From contig JARFYF010000060.1 in the NCBI GenBank assembly GCA_030265395.1, positions 11,856,673-11,920,672 of the forward strand: a stretch of 64,000 nt of DNA, written 5' to 3'. The position numbers and the translations under genes are program-made. The DNA comes from Rhina ancylostomus. Taxonomy: Eukaryota. Below are positions 1 to 14,555 of this stretch, one piece after another. Below the pieces are notes generated by a model that saw nothing but the letters and a program-made list of their open reading frames with translations, did not search any database and had not been told where the DNA came from. Every line of letters starts with the position of its first letter. Position 1 is the stretch's first letter.

Positions 1-415
1 CAGTGGTATCATTTAAAAACTTAAAGATGGAGTTAGAGCAGAATCTGGCCATGCAATCTTGAGCGTATAGGGAGTAGAATAGGGGGCTGAGGACGCAAAC
101 TTGTGGGGCACCAGTGCTGAGGATAATTGTGCCCTAGGTGTTGCTGCCTATCCTTACTGATTATAGTCTTTTGGTCAAGAAGTCAAGGATCCAGTTGCAA
201 AGGGAGGTGTTGAGTCCCAGGTCTCAGAGTTTGGAGATGAGTTTACTTGGAATTATAGTACTGAAGGCAGAGCTGTAGTCAATAAACAATAGTCTAATGT
301 AGGTGTCTTTACTATCCTGATGCTCCAGATATGAGTGTAGGACTAGGGAAATGGCATCCACCATAGACTTGTTTCATGGTAGAATTGCAGTGGGTTGAAG
401 TTATCTGGGAGGCTG
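1..415 (-). mobile_element. Rex1/Babar-type LINE reverse-transcriptase fragment, decayed
   Basis: Minus strand reads [44 protein letters not shown]...STGAPQVCVLSPLFYSLY...FKF: Rex1 RT motifs with in-frame stops. Confidence 0.85.
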
Positions 416-1224
416 GAGTTAATCCGTGCAAAATCAATGGAGAAAGAAACAGGGAGATTGATATATCAGCGTATTCATCACTTGATTCTTCCTTATAACA
501 AAACATACGACAAAATCTAAATCATTAACTCATCTATCTTTTTTCAATTGTTGATTGACCTGCTAAAGAGCTGGTTAGGCTGCTTTCAGCCGTTGAATCT
601 TGCAAAGGATAATGTAGTATGCTCCAGGCACTTTTCTTTTCCATCGACTGCAGCACACCTTGCAAACAGCAAATCTGACAGCAATCATTGCCTGCATCAA
701 CTTTCCACCATCTACAGTTGAGCCAAAGAACCTCATTTTGGTATTGTTTATTGCCACACTGCGCACAAATTCTGACGGCCTGCCTTGTACTGAAATCTCA
801 CAAAGGAGGATCATTTATGGAAAATACAAAACTGTATCACATATTTCACATTGTTCCACAAATGCCCAAATAAGTAAAGTACAAGGTATTAATCAGAAAA
901 TCTCCATTTCCAATGCAAGGAATGGCCATATGTAAAAACTGAGAAAGATGGTGATATACAGGTGCTGAGAAGATGGTTTTATTTACAGATTGGGGCTCAA
1001 TCTCTCATTATCACAACTGGCAAGAACACACAAAGCAGTGGCCCAGGGCTATCATTTCTTTTCAGTCATCAGACCAACTTTNNNNNNNNNNNNNNNNNNN
1101 NNNNNNNNNNNNNNNNNNNNNNNNNNNNNNNNNNNNNNNNNNNNNNNNACTTGTTTCCCTTAAACTCTCCTGCAATCCAATGCCTGTATATCAACCACAT
1201 TCTATGCACAATGGAAGTTAGAAT

Positions 1225-1500
1225 TGGTAATTGTAATAGGTTCATTATTGTCACTTGTAGCAAGATACAGTGAAAAGTTTTAGTTTGCATGCCATCCAGG
1301 CAAATCATTCTACATATAAGTGCATTGAGGTAGTACAAAAGGAAGTACAAACATAATGCAGAACATAGTGTTACAGTTATAGAAAAAGTGTATTGCAGGT
1401 AGACAAACAAAGTGCAAGGGCCATGACGAGATAGGTTGAGATCAAGAGATTACCTCTTTATTGTATAAGAGGTCCATTCAAGAGTCTTATAACAGCTGGA
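1225..1500 (-). mobile_element. Rex1-type LINE 3' UTR copy
   Basis: Similar to 8254-8460 and, in reverse, to 59600-59865, where the same tail directly follows a Rex1 ORF end. Confidence 0.7.
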
Positions 1501-2409
1501 GAGTCTTATAACAGTGGAACTTACTTGAAGAATGCTAATGGTTTCATTGTATTTTACAATAACAAAAAAATACCTTTCACAAATTTTTCATCTCTCAAAT
1601 TCGTTGAATTGGTCATGGTGAACTTATCATTTCTGTGTTAGTGGTTTTACATCATAATTACTTGGCCTCTGATATCAAATTGTACCTGAATTTGGTTCAC
1701 TGTTGCGCCATTGCTCAGTTGATCCTTCAGTCATGCCGAGTTGATGAGACAACACAAGTATTTCACTTCATTTCTTTTTTAGGTATCTTCTACATGTGTG
1801 CCTATCGTTTCCATGAGAGCCCACAAAACTCAAATCCTCGCTAGCACCCAAGACTTGACCTTAAGAGATGGAATAATCTCTTGATGGACCATCACCTTGC
1901 ATCAATTCACATGTTATGAAGTGGCATTTTTTATATCTATTTAGTAAACCAGTTAGTGAGATGTAAGTAGAAATTTATACAAATTACAGCTGTACTTTTA
2001 GGACTTGGCTGCAGATTTTCTAATCACTTCATTTGAGAAATAGGATTATAAAAGGACAAAAAAGTCATCTCAAGAACTTTCAAGAATGTTGCATGAGTTT
2101 TTCCTCAAGCTAATAAAATAATGGAGAAATGTTAGTATTTTGTACAAGCTTACTTTAATAGAAATGGTAACATCTGAAATTAAATTGAATTCAGTGCATC
2201 CACCTTATTATATTTAATAAAGATTCCTTGACCATCCACTAACATTCAGCAAACTTAAAATTCTACTGAGTTGTTATTCATTAACATTTATGAAGGGTAT
2301 ATTTTTCTTCATTTGCGGTCCTTTTAAGTTTAGTGATACACTGTCAAGTCTGACATGTGTTGCCCATTTATTGGCCTGAAAGAGTGGCTAAATGCTTTGA
2401 TACAAATGA

Positions 2410-2635
2410 ATAGCTTGCAAGGCCACTTCAGAGAACGTTAATAGTCTGGAGTCACATGTAGATCAAACCAGGTGAGGAAAGCAGGTTTAATTCCCTAAAC
2501 AATATCAGTGAGCTAGTAAGATTGTAACAGCTTCATTGTCACTTTTAATGAGTTTGTTTAAAACTTAATTTGAATTCTCAGATACGCAGGGTAAGATGTG
2601 CATTCATGTTCACTGGATTATTCATCCAGTCCTTG
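2410..2635 (-). mobile_element. degenerate elasmobranch SINE
   Basis: Resembles a common shark/ray SINE body (ggccacttcagag...gtctggagtcacatgtag...ttccctaa); related decayed copies near 14830-14910 and 58155-58335. Confidence 0.45.
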
Positions 2636-5159
2636 ATTCACAGAGCCTATGTTTCTTCAACGTACACGTGGATGGGTTTTCCTTCACATGAGATGGAATA
2701 ATGCCTCAATATTATTTTTATAAAAAACAGGGCTTAATTTCAAATGTTATCAGAATTTAGCTGGTCACATTAATTAAGAAAAAAGCACAATGCTCAAAAG
2801 TATTTTTCATTAGTTTGCATAATTTAGATTTCAAAGGACCCATCTATTGTCCTTTTATTCCGATTGTACAGTCTAATTCTGCCGACCAAACTACTTTCCA
2901 CTACATTGAATTCCAACCATCCACATTTAATTGAATTTTGATGATCCCAACTGCTTACAATCCATTCCCATTATATTGATACCCATGGAGACTAAAGCTC
3001 TTGTTATTCTCTGCTAACTTTAAAGCATTGCATTGGACTAAACCATTCACGGTGAATAGAAATCCTGATTCATTTAAATACAGTATACAANNNNNNNNNN
3101 NNNNNNNNNNNNNNNNNNNNNNNNNNNNNNNNNNNNNNNNNNNNNNNNNNNNNNNNNNNNNNNNNNNNNNNNNNNNNNNNNNNNNNNNNNNNNNNNNNNN
3201 NNNNNNNNNNNNNNNNNNNNNNNNNNNNNNNNNNNNNNNNNNNNNNNNNNNNCTCAGCCTATTTCTTAAATATCTTGAGTTGTACAGACTGCCTGCAGAC
3301 AATACTTTCAGGAATCCTCCAAATATTGTGCCAGAGTAGCTGAGACATAAGACTCTAAGAACATGAGCATCAATACCCTGACAGAAATACTCATTAGGGG
3401 AACAAAAATGGCTTGTCAAAGAGCAGAGGGTAACCTAATCTAGCCAGCTCCCCGAGGAGAATTTCTATATACTTTTCTACAGTTCTAACACTGAAAGGTT
3501 ATCAGCGCCTCTGTATAGATTGTGAAGTTATTTTTGAAAGTATATTGGACATTGAAAGTTCTGTTGATAACTGGAACCCACTGATGCTAACATATTATAA
3601 TATTCATAATTACATTTATCATTGTCCCTGTATTAATTTAGATTGTGTTGGTTCTTCAAAGCCTCATTTACCTTCAGCGTGATCACTGATATTGAACTTG
3701 ACAATGGGGTCAGCTTTCTCACAGTAGTTGGAGATAACTAGGGTCAAGTTCAATTATTGCTATTGTTGGCATGTTAGAGGTTTCCTGAATTTAACCAGCA
3801 TTATTTGACAGTACTGATTTAATAGGACTTCATGAAATTTAATAAGATTGCTTTATATTAGGTTATGAAATAGATATAGGGAGCCATTAATTCCAGAGCT
3901 CCATGCACAGATATAAATCCCAATCCGCTTTTTCTATCAATTAGTGAAATGTGGATCGATATGTCACAGAAGAAAATTGCAAATTTGTTTCTTTTACATG
4001 TACAGTAGTTATCATTTGGGATTTGCTTTGAACTCACACTTGTTCTGCAACTTACTTCCTTTTCATGAAGAGAAAACAGACACTATAATAAAAGATTAAA
4101 ATGTAAAACAAAATGTACATTCTCTGATTCTTTCCAATAGATAATTAAATGATAACATAAGTATGTAAATGTTTGTGCAAAATTACATAAAGTACATTTG
4201 CCCCTTTCTAGCAGAGGGCTATCTCATGTTTGTTGAGTACTCAAATACTTTCAAAATTATGAAATGATTTTAAAAAATGGGGTATAGCGCCCTCAAGCAC
4301 AATCAATGAGCCACTACAACTCTGACCAACTTTATGAATANNNNNNNNNNNNNNNNNNNNNNNNNNNNNNNNNNNNNNNNNNNNNNNNNNNNNNNNNNNN
4401 NNNNNNNNNNNNNNNNNNNNNNNNNNNNNNNNNNNNNNNNTTATGAATATTTCGTTTATTCCGCTAGTTGACGTTATAGACAACGATAGCAAAACCAGAG
4501 ATTCTAATAACTTGTCCCCAATGTTTCTCAAGTGGGAATAAAAATTAGCAGTCTGTTTTTCTTCTGGCACTTCATAATGGTGTCATGTGTAGAGCACATG
4601 AAATTTCAATTTAATCCTTTGAAAAAATGTACAAGGAACCATTGGAGTGGTAATAACACAGAAATTATGATCTCTTTTTCAAAATGCTCCCTTTAAAAAT
4701 TATTCTCATAAAAATTATGATCTTATATTCTAAGAATATAAGTAGTCAATGGGTTAATAAATATATTGATAGCGCGGTTATGCTTCTGTGTATTTTGTTT
4801 AACTAATTAGAAAGACTTCCTGTAAGCCTAAAGGAATATGCCAAATCCTTGATAATAACTCCTCCAAAGCTATTACAAAAAATAGAGTGCAGGAAAGACT
4901 CAAAAGGTAACAAGGATGACAGTGCCACTTTGTGAAACACGGGAGATTCTGGAGAATCCTGTCGACTACAACTGTCATCCTTAATCTGATCAATGAAATT
5001 CCACAGCAAGATTATTGTCTTCATTAGGCTTCATTGTTGGCACCACTCTATGAATGGCACCCGCTCAAAGTCTCAGTGAGTTTATCCAGCAAGAAGGTGG
5101 AACAAATGAAGTGGAAAGAAGGGAGGAAGGAAGAAAGGCTTGGATTTGCATTGAACCTA

Positions 5160-5540
5160 TCAAGCCTTTCCCAGGATGACTCAAAGTATTTACAAACAAT
5201 GGCATATGTTCTTAAGTGTATAATTGCAAGAGACATGGCCATTAGATTTGCACAACAAGCTCCCATTTATACCAGTGTGATCATCAGTTAGAAAGTCTGC
5301 TTTTGAATGATCCTGGTTGAATGATAATGTTATAGACTATTTTATGTTCACCTGTAAAACTGAATGAGGCCTGGGTTTAAAACTTCATCTGAAGGGCTGT
5401 TCCTCTGACCATGAATCATGTCCTCAGCACTGCACTGGTAAACTAGCCCAGGTTTGTGTGTATAACTCACTGAAGCAGGATTTGAACCCACAAGTGACAG
5501 ATTCAAAGACAAAAGCGCTTCAGACTGAACCACAGCTGGA
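5160..5540 (-). mobile_element. DeuSINE (SacSINE1-like)
   Basis: tRNA-derived head on the minus strand (ggatttgaacccaca...ctgaaccacagctg) and body shared with 39015-39405. Confidence 0.6.
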
Positions 5541-6479
5541 TCAAGTACGCTAGAGTTAGTTTGGGGGTGGGGCGCAGTGGGGTTAGGTGGGAGGAGAAGA
5601 GGGATGGAGACTGCCTTTGGAAACAGATGCCAGAGAACAAACAATTTATTCAGGAAAGGGACAGTGCATAAAGGACCAATTTCAAACAGCACTCCTAAAA
5701 CTGGTAGATAGAGTTGAATGTGTCCAGATGTCTAGTTAGATGAGATGGCTTACCATTGAAATTCTTTAGATGTGAAATGGTCTTGTTTCATCTTCCATCT
5801 TACTTATCACTTACATTAATCACGACATCCCATTTGTATTCATAATGGCCATAGATCAGGGCATGAAACAGTTAATAATGTAACCCAAGGATCACAAGGA
5901 GAGTTGCAATGTGAAACAGATTTGGAAATGTCATACAGGTGAAGTCAGAGCTGCTCCCCTGAGGCTAAAGTACATTGTTGGATCAGGTTAATAATTATGT
6001 ACCAGTAAACGTCCCTAAGTGTTGGTGGGTGGTCAGGTCATTCACTGAAGTTTCTCTTTAAGCCAAAAGGTTGAGTGTTCATCTTGCCCAGCACTGGTGA
6101 GTTGCTAAGCTCTGGCTATGTCTGCTGGCTCAGTGATGTAAAAAAACCCATGTGCAATTTTTACCCTCTCATTGTCTTACTCCAACATTCAGTCCTCACA
6201 GATAATCAGTAAAATAGATTAGTTACTTATCTCATTTTCTGTTTGTGGATCTATATTGTGAGTGGTTGATCATGCACTGGAATATCACTTTTATGTTGAT
6301 ATTTAAAGCATTGTGCACTCAGTTAGACTCTTACTGATTGGGAGAGAATTTCATTGGCAAAATTGAACCTCAATTGCGAGCATACTTTTGTCAGGTGATT
6401 TACCTTGATGCATTTCACAAAGGTATAGCTCTAACTTTATCTTAAATCTGGTAGTAAAGAAGGCGACCAAAGGGCCATG

Positions 6480-6960
6480 TGACTTTGGATTATACATTGT
6501 CCACAAGCAAGGGTAATGTTTCATTTGCCAAACAGACCAAATTGCAGGAGATGCAACAATTGTCCTTCTACCTCTTCTCTTTCCACCATCCAAGGATCCA
6601 AATACTCTCCAGGTGAAGCAGCGATTCACTTGCATTTCTTCCAATCTATTAAATGGTGTTCACAATGTGATATACTCTACATTGTTTTGCCAAACACCTG
6701 TATTCAGTCAGCAGATGTGACCTTGACATTGCCTGCCACTTTAATTCTCCATCCCATTCCCATGCTGACCTATATGTCTGTGGTCTCCTGCACTGTTACA
6801 ATGAGCCCTAATGCAAGCTGGAGGAACAACATCTCACCTCTCTGGCATGCTGCTGCCTTCCAGGCTCAATATCAAATACCCCCATGTCAGGTAACTAGCT
6901 CTTTTTGCCTGTGTCAGAACTGGCCATTTCTGCTCTTAATCAACACTGCCCTCCTCAAAT
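6480..6960 (+). mobile_element. Penelope-like element, GIY-YIG endonuclease remnant
   Basis: CRRCNNCPSTSSLSTIQGSK, then frameshifted QVKQRFTCISSNL and WCSQCDILYI: the Cys-rich linker and GIY-YIG start typical of vertebrate Penelope elements. Confidence 0.7.
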
Positions 6961-8253
6961 CCCAATTACCTTTTACGTATGTCCGGATATTTCCAAGATT
7001 CTAACCAGGAAGCAAGAACCAGGCATTGTAAATATGTCCCTACATGGTTGGAATTTAATCAGTTGGTTGGAGGCTGAGAGCTGCCCTGTAAATGCACCCC
7101 GCTGCAACATGTGGCTGATTGGGGAATGGGTTGAAACTGTTCAGTTGCAAAGAACAGTTAAACCGAAAAACCCTCCTGTGTCTAAAATACAGGGGACCAC
7201 AGTAGCCTCCTGCTGTCCCCCTACAACACTGGCCAAATATTAAGCAATTAATTTGCTTAATGCACATTTTTAATTAGATGGACTGTGGCAGTTATTTCTC
7301 CTTGCACTTGTAAACTTATTAAAACACTTTAGTAAATATTTCTTAGAAGGAGAAGTGTCAAGCCAAGATTTAATCTCTTGATTTAAATTTCACAGTAGAT
7401 AATTAATTCACTCCTCCCTTCTTCAGTCCCTCTTTTTTGATGAATCTAAAACAGAGTCCACAGCTCTGATGGGTCATCAGCCAATAGTTCTCTGTTATTT
7501 CTAGCCACATAAATAGCTTCTATTGCATAATTTTGATAAAGATTAAATGTGAATTTGAAACCTCTGAAAGGAGAAATTGGCTATCAAATTTTCTGTTAAG
7601 ACATTGTACAGTGCAGCTAAACTGTATTCAAGTAAATAATTTATTTATGGCAACACTTCTGAAGTTAAAGTTTTTCTTGAGCAGAGGGGTATTGAACGGC
7701 AAATGTAACTGAGTTCTTACCAGAATGAATACAATAAAATTGTGGGGAAGTCACACTTGAAATTTATCATATCTAACCTTTATCACATACACACTCCACT
7801 CTTGTCAATCACTCCCTTGTTTTATCATTTATCTGCACTCACCATGTCTAGATGAGTTTACGACTTTTTTGATAGCATTTGTATGCTTCTCTACCGTATC
7901 TTCTTCAGAGAAATAACAGTTACAATTATTTTCATTTATGTTATTTTTTTTGCCAGATCTCCCCTCTTTTTGTGATAACAGTTTTAAGTAAATCAATGAA
8001 ACAAATGCAATTTCATATCTTCACAGTGACAATGTTCTTATAAATCTTTAAACGCTAAGGGATTTTATTTTGTTCATTCACAGAATGTGGGCATTGCTTC
8101 CAAGGCCAGTACATATTGTCCATCTTAATTACCTGGTCAAAGATGTTCCCCATGTTGGTACAAGAATCTGCAATGCTAATGCCATTGAATATCATTGGGT
8201 TCTCAAATTATGGAAATGGTTATTCCCATGCACTCTGTACGGTGAATGTTATG

Positions 8254-8460
8254 GTAATTGGTAATTGGTTTATTATTGTCACATGTACTGAGATAAAGTG
8301 AAAAACTTTCATTTGCATGCCATCCAGACAGATACATCGAGGTAGTACAAAGGAAAACAGAATGCAGGATATCGTGTTACAGTTGCAGGTAAAGTGCAGT
8401 GCAGGTAGACAAATAAAGTGCAAAGGGCCACAGCCAAGTGGATTGGGAGATCAGGGGTTC
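8254..8460 (-). mobile_element. Rex1-type LINE 3' UTR copy
   Basis: ggtaattggtaattggtttattattgtcacatgtactgagataaagtgaaaa..., same family as 1225-1500. Confidence 0.7.
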
Positions 8461-11400
8461 ACCAGTTACCAGACCATGCCTGAGTACAAACTAAGTGTTC
8501 CTGTGGGCTGACAGAACTGCTTTGACATCTGAGGAGTTGTGAATAGAAATGAACACACTAACCATTTCTCATTCTGTGATGGAAGGAAGGTCACTGATAA
8601 TTCAGTTGAAGATGGTTGAACCTTGGACACTGTCCTAAGAAATTCCAGCGGCATTGCTTCAGGACTGAGATAATTGGGCTCCAACATCATAAACGACTTT
8701 CTTTGGACAACATTAACGGTATTGAGTAAAATGAGAACTTTCCTTTTAAATGTGTAGACAACAAATCATATCCTGCAGTCAAAAAGGAGCTTAATTATGT
8801 CCACATAAATATTGGACATACAGTATTTAAATACTGAATCAATCTGTTGTTAGGGAAATCACTATAATGTCATGGAGCAGAATCCAATGTTCGCAAGATA
8901 TTGGAAAATTAAACAGAATCCAACTAGAATTCAAATAATTTACATTGGATCACTTTAACAATAAATTAGCAATCAGGTTCTATTTCCACTAAGACTACAT
9001 TTAAAATGTAATTGAACATCCAGTGATGAGAAAATTTTGAAAAAGCAACAAATTGGTTGTTCACTCATCAATTTTCTCGAAGTAAGAAAATATGCTTTCA
9101 TATCGATAAGAATCAGTTCTGTTCTGGATGTGAATCCAAACTTTGCAAGAAAAAAATGATTGAAACACTGGAAATTGTGGTAAATTAGCATTGTTTGGAT
9201 ATGGCAGTCAGCACTCGGAAAAGTAATTAATGTAAGATTAATAAAATGAGCTTCTTGCTTACTTTGCAAAGAACTGACACTTAGAACAACATAGATAAAA
9301 ACATTTGAAGGGCAAATTAATTGGTTGCTTAATCTGAATCTTGAACCATCCTCATTCAAGACTGTATACTTCAGAGTCACCCTGGGACAACATTGCAATA
9401 TAAGACTTTCACCAATCTGTAGCAAATAACCTTTGATTTCCGCAATACTGTCAATGCAAAAATCTGATAATAGTTTCCAACATCAAGAATGAATTACTTT
9501 GGTCAAGATATTTAATTTGTTTCTGATTGGGAAAAGTAGCCAAGGATTTGTTTAGTTAATGTATATTTGTATTGCCTTGATCATGAAATGTTAATTCACC
9601 CCATTCAATGAATCATTTGTTTTTACTTCCCGAATTATTTCCAACCCTTCCTCCTCTGTTCTTGCAGATGCCTAGTTGTCCATTTGAAATCCCCCTGGAG
9701 CTTCATTTCCTTCTCTGCCAGTTTATCTGATCTGAAAATCCCTCGACTTGGAATAAAGCACAATGACACAAAATCCCTCTGAACACATTTGGGATGTGGA
9801 TTGGTGATCCTTTGGCTAACCCTGCTCCATGCTGAGTGTGGGCTTGGTCTGCTTTGCACTGCTGTCTGGTTTATAGTAGAGTCACAACAGGGAACACCAG
9901 GCTAGCTTTATTTCCTCCTTAATCCAATACTTGGGAACTCTGCATTTCTATTCACTTATGGAAAACAACACGCACACAAAACCTTACAAACTAGTTTTCA
10001 CTGTAATTGTTGTGTTGGCAGTACCCCTTTCATAGCTTGCACTTGTATTACTGCAAGTAGACAGCACAATTGCGTGTGAGCAATGCAAGAAATCTGTCTT
10101 AATTTTGGCTGTATGGTCTACTTTTATGTACTCACAATCTCACCTAGTGCCAAAGCTTTATCCAACCAATGAAGTACTTCCATACCATAGTCATTGTTGT
10201 AATATAGGAAATAGATTAATGTCTATGCTTTCCAATTGTATTTAGCATGTTGCAATATAGATCAGATAAAATTAAGCATTATGTAAGTACACATACACAT
10301 GAGCATGTGAAATGGTACATAAATAGTAAACTTAACAGGTAGTTAGTGCAGCAAACAGTGTGATTTGTGTCCGAACAAATAATCTTGCAGCATTAAGTAC
10401 CTGAATTTACTAGCAAATCTATTTGAATTTCAGAAGACAACGGAGAAAATTCTTTTTTTAGATTCTAATTGCTTAGATAAAACGTGTTTGTACTGGGGTA
10501 ATAAATTGCTTTATTCAGCATTGGACCGAATAGGTTTTAAATAACAAAACAGGATGTTGAAATATTTACTCTCGAGATTCACATATCCAGGAAGGGGTAT
10601 ATGTGTAAGGCACCGTTAAGTGCTGGAGCAGAGGCCAGGGAAAGATATTCCCCTTTTTGAATACATTTGTATTTCTAATAAGACTGTGTAGAACACTCAG
10701 CATGCCCGACAAAAGCAAGGCTCCGGTCTGACGCTGACATCTTGCACTAGTCACCCGCTTCAAATGTCTGGAGGCCACGGAAGTGTATACAAGGAGCAGA
10801 AGTATTATTGAGAAACATTATTGGTTTTCGGGAGCGTTTACATTCTGACAAGTGTTTTATTCTGGTCTTTCAACATCAGAGCTTTTCTTACCCAAGTGAC
10901 GAATTTCGCTTTCACAGTGAAATAAAGCAATTAGAGCTTAAGGGGATCTCTTCAAGTTCAATGTATAATGTCATTCGATTAGTGCCTTTTACCCAAAACA
11001 TAATCATGTTTTCAGACCTTCCAGATGGAGTCGCGACCTCTCGCATTGTTGCCTTTAAGCGCGTTTGCTCCGATTGTGTGGAGATATTTTTTCCACCAAA
11101 TCCGTTGCAATTAGTATCGATGTACAATGTGTGGATTGTGAACAGCTGTGAGTCCTGAAGTGCCTTCTACCGTGCGTCAAATGGCGGACTGGAATATTTA
11201 GACTTCAGAAAGAAGCTTGAACCTCGGTCACCTGCCCACTCCCCAGTACCAGTATAACACATAGCAGAAATTTTAAATGAATACGAAATCGGCTGTTAAT
11301 TCTGCTAACAACGACTCTATCAACTGGTTCAATTGGACAACTGAATACTTTGAAAGGAACCTACTGATAGGTGTGCCTGTTTATTTCCTGTGAGTTATTC

Positions 11401-13626
11401 TAATCGATGTAGAACCACTTTATGGTACATCACTGCCTTCCACGTTGGAAAATACAATAATTGGCCTGTGTCACTTTTCACAATGTTACGTTAGGACTTT
11501 ATTTAAATCTGTGCGGAAAAGTAGATTTCCAGATGGAAATATGAAGAGAGCAGATCTGACCAGGTCTGCCTGTTGCACTGTTTCAGTGAAGTGGAAGGAT
11601 GGACGGCCAGAAATGCCATTAATCCCAGAAGCTTCTTAGAAGCTTGTGGCGCGTCGGAGAACGGGAGCCGTACTCTAAAAGCCTTACAACAGCCGTCTCA
11701 CTTGATGAGATGGACAATAAAGCAGCTTACCTCTTATTCTCCGCTCTGACCGCATCGGCAAGCTGTACATTAGGACCATTTCATCGCCATTAATTCATTT
11801 AAGTTCCCATTTGCCCCCTAACAACTATTTGCCGTGTTATGTGTTTCAATGATCCTGGTCAGGCTACATTCAACCTCTGTGCTGCCTGTGTACAGAACAG
11901 CCGGTAGGATAGACAAGGAAGAATAGATAAATAATCCTACACAAATATGAGGGCAAACGTATAGGGTGCGATGTGACAAGACCAACGATACATTTATTTT
12001 GATTCACGTGATGTTCCGATTCAGACTCCGGAAGCCCTTCTTACATTTAACATCCAAAAGTTGCCTGCACTGTGCTTCGAGGCAACTTGGTACGTACTTA
12101 ATGAAATATTCTTGTTTACCAGCACTGTGCCCTCTTAGATTTTCATTCTTCACCTCATGCATATGTAAGACGCGACTCGCACTTGGCGAAGTAATGTTCT
12201 TTTAACGCTAATTGATTCCAGAAATTAATTTCTTCTACCTGCCTGATCGGATGGAAAGGCTGTCCTCGTGCCCAAGGATTAGCATCCTCCCTAATTATCT
12301 AATAGCATGGGCTGCGAGAATTCTGCCACTGTTCAACCACTTTCCACATTAATATAAAAAGATTGAAACTGTGATGGCAACTCGATTTCAACAAATTAGC
12401 GCGGGCACTGAGAGAGGGAACAGAAGTACCTTCTTGTAAATTTCCCGAGCTTAATGTCAATAATTACGGCAATTTGATGGGAAATGAGCTGAAATTATCT
12501 GCCGCTCTATTGAGCGCTGCCGCGCAAGGAGGAAAAACATGAGCGAAAGTGAGAAGAGTAAATAAAAGAAAGATCTGGCAGAGGAACGTGCAATTAATCA
12601 GCGTGGTTCAGGGTTAAGCTTTTGATGAAAAAATAATTCGTAATTTTCTCATCGCTTCGATCATGTGCAGTTCCAGGGATCTAATGGAGGATTAAGGAAG
12701 CAGACATATAGATTCAGTAAAATTGAACACCGTAATCCTACTGAGTAGAAAAGCAAAACAAAACACATAGTGAAACAAAATGGGTCCCTTCAGGTTAAGT
12801 GTCGGAGTGTCTCAAATTATGCATTCGAGATTTAGAGACTCTGGCGCAGATATATTGATCGATATGTGGGTCTACTTCACCTGGGTAAAGACAAGAACGG
12901 AACAAATTGAAAGTAGGCACAATATTCGGCATGTTTTTTTTAATATAGAGAATTAAATGAGTTAAAATCTAAGAAAGTTCGTATTAAAATGCTTTTCTGG
13001 AAAATAAAACGGAATATATATTTACTGCAGATACACCTGCGGCTCAGATTATTTGTACAAAACAATAAATTTGAATTTTAAAAAATCTGAGAACTAGTTC
13101 CAACAATGTTAAAATCTTAGAAGTGGTCAGAGACAGTGACCCAGAACCTTGCAACGTTAAATGTGGAAGCATCTGTTACCATGGTTCCTGTAAGATGAAG
13201 TTCGTAGGAACAGTGGCTGCTTGTACTGTGGTCTTACCAGCTCTTGTGTGTTGACATACATCCTGAGCCAAGAAATAAAGAGGTCAGGCTGACGATGTGA
13301 TGTGCTACCCCACCCCAGCCCCCGCCCCCGCCCCAACTCAGCACAGGTTATTCTCTTAATCTCTGGATGTTACTCCGATCGCTGCATTTTGCACTCTAAG
13401 TGACAAAGGGATATTCCTTGTTTTTTTCTTGTTGTGTTGCTGGTAGAATTATTATCATAATCTTAACTGGAGTGCAATTTTAAAGTATGCAGTTGAAGCA
13501 ATGTGTTATCACAATACACGCAGACTTGGCATTGCAATAGATGATAGATTTCACGCGTTGGGAATGGGATGTGAGGCTCCCTGCTCAACCGGGACTGGTA
13601 TCACGTCCTTTCAACTGGGCTCAGGG

Positions 13627-13868
13627 TGTCATGGTTCTGAGTTCTGGCCCTCAATTTGGCTCCAATAATGCCTTGTTGTCCAGCACATGGATTCCATGCT
13701 GGACTGATTAGATAACAATACACACCTGAGCCCCATCAGGNNNNNNNNNNNNNNNNNNNNNNNNNNNNNNNNNNNNNNNNNNNNNNNNNNNNNNNNNNNN
13801 NNNNNNNNNNNNNNNNNNNNNNNNNNNNNNNNNNNNNNNNGAGTTTGCTCTGGATCAACATTGTGACA
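13627..13868 (+). mobile_element. LTR (Gypsy-like), gap inside, 5-bp TSD CAGGG
   Basis: TGTCA...TGACA termini, with CAGGG at 13622-13626 and 13869-13873. Reverse-complement homologue at 29936-30327. Confidence 0.85.
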
Positions 13869-14299
13869 CAGGGTGCGATTGCTCAGTTGGCTCCTATCAA
13901 ATTGTAATTTTATGGTGTAGATTATAAACAAGAATTGAGATGACTGGGACTTTTATACAAAGAGATGAGAACTGTGTACAGTAAAGTCCAGCCCTTTCTC
14001 CGAAAGCTGGAAATCGCCCCACCACCTGCATCACCCCGTGGGGTAATCAAAGCACAACGGGGAACACACGGCCCCCCCTCCCGCCACCCCCCCCCCCCAG
14101 CCCATCAATCGAAACCGCTTGGGAAGTTGGTTTTTCAGGAAGTTAGGACCCCATTATCACAACTCTGGCTTTCTATATATGCAACAATGAGGACTTGGGG
14201 CCACGCTTGCGCTATGTATGGGATAGTTGTGAAGAAAGCCACCAGATCGCTATTACATTTCATGGTGTGGGAGGCTGTTCGCGGAGGGCTCGAGGACTT

Positions 14300-14555
14300 A
14301 ATGCCACATAATGGGGAAGAGCTTTAAAAATGACACGAGGAAATATCTTTTTTCTGCAACGTGAGGTTTGGGATCCGAAGTGCACTGCGTGCACACATGG
14401 TGACGATGGGTGACTCTGTAGCCTTCGAGAGGGAACTGGATAAATATGGTGGAAATTTTGGAAAGGGTGGAGTGTGGGACTAGTAAGTTGCTCTGTTATG
14501 AATATGACGGGCTGAATTGCCCTCTTTCCTGCTAAAACCGTTTCATGATTCTATA
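14300..14555 (+). mobile_element. CR1-type LINE 3' end
   Basis: ccttcgagagggaactggataaata...gacgggctgaattgccctctttcctgct...atgattctat tail. Confidence 0.6.

Noticed and set aside
7028-7232. Possible additional LTR (tgtaaatatg...ctacaaca)
   Set aside because: No TSD or second copy found.
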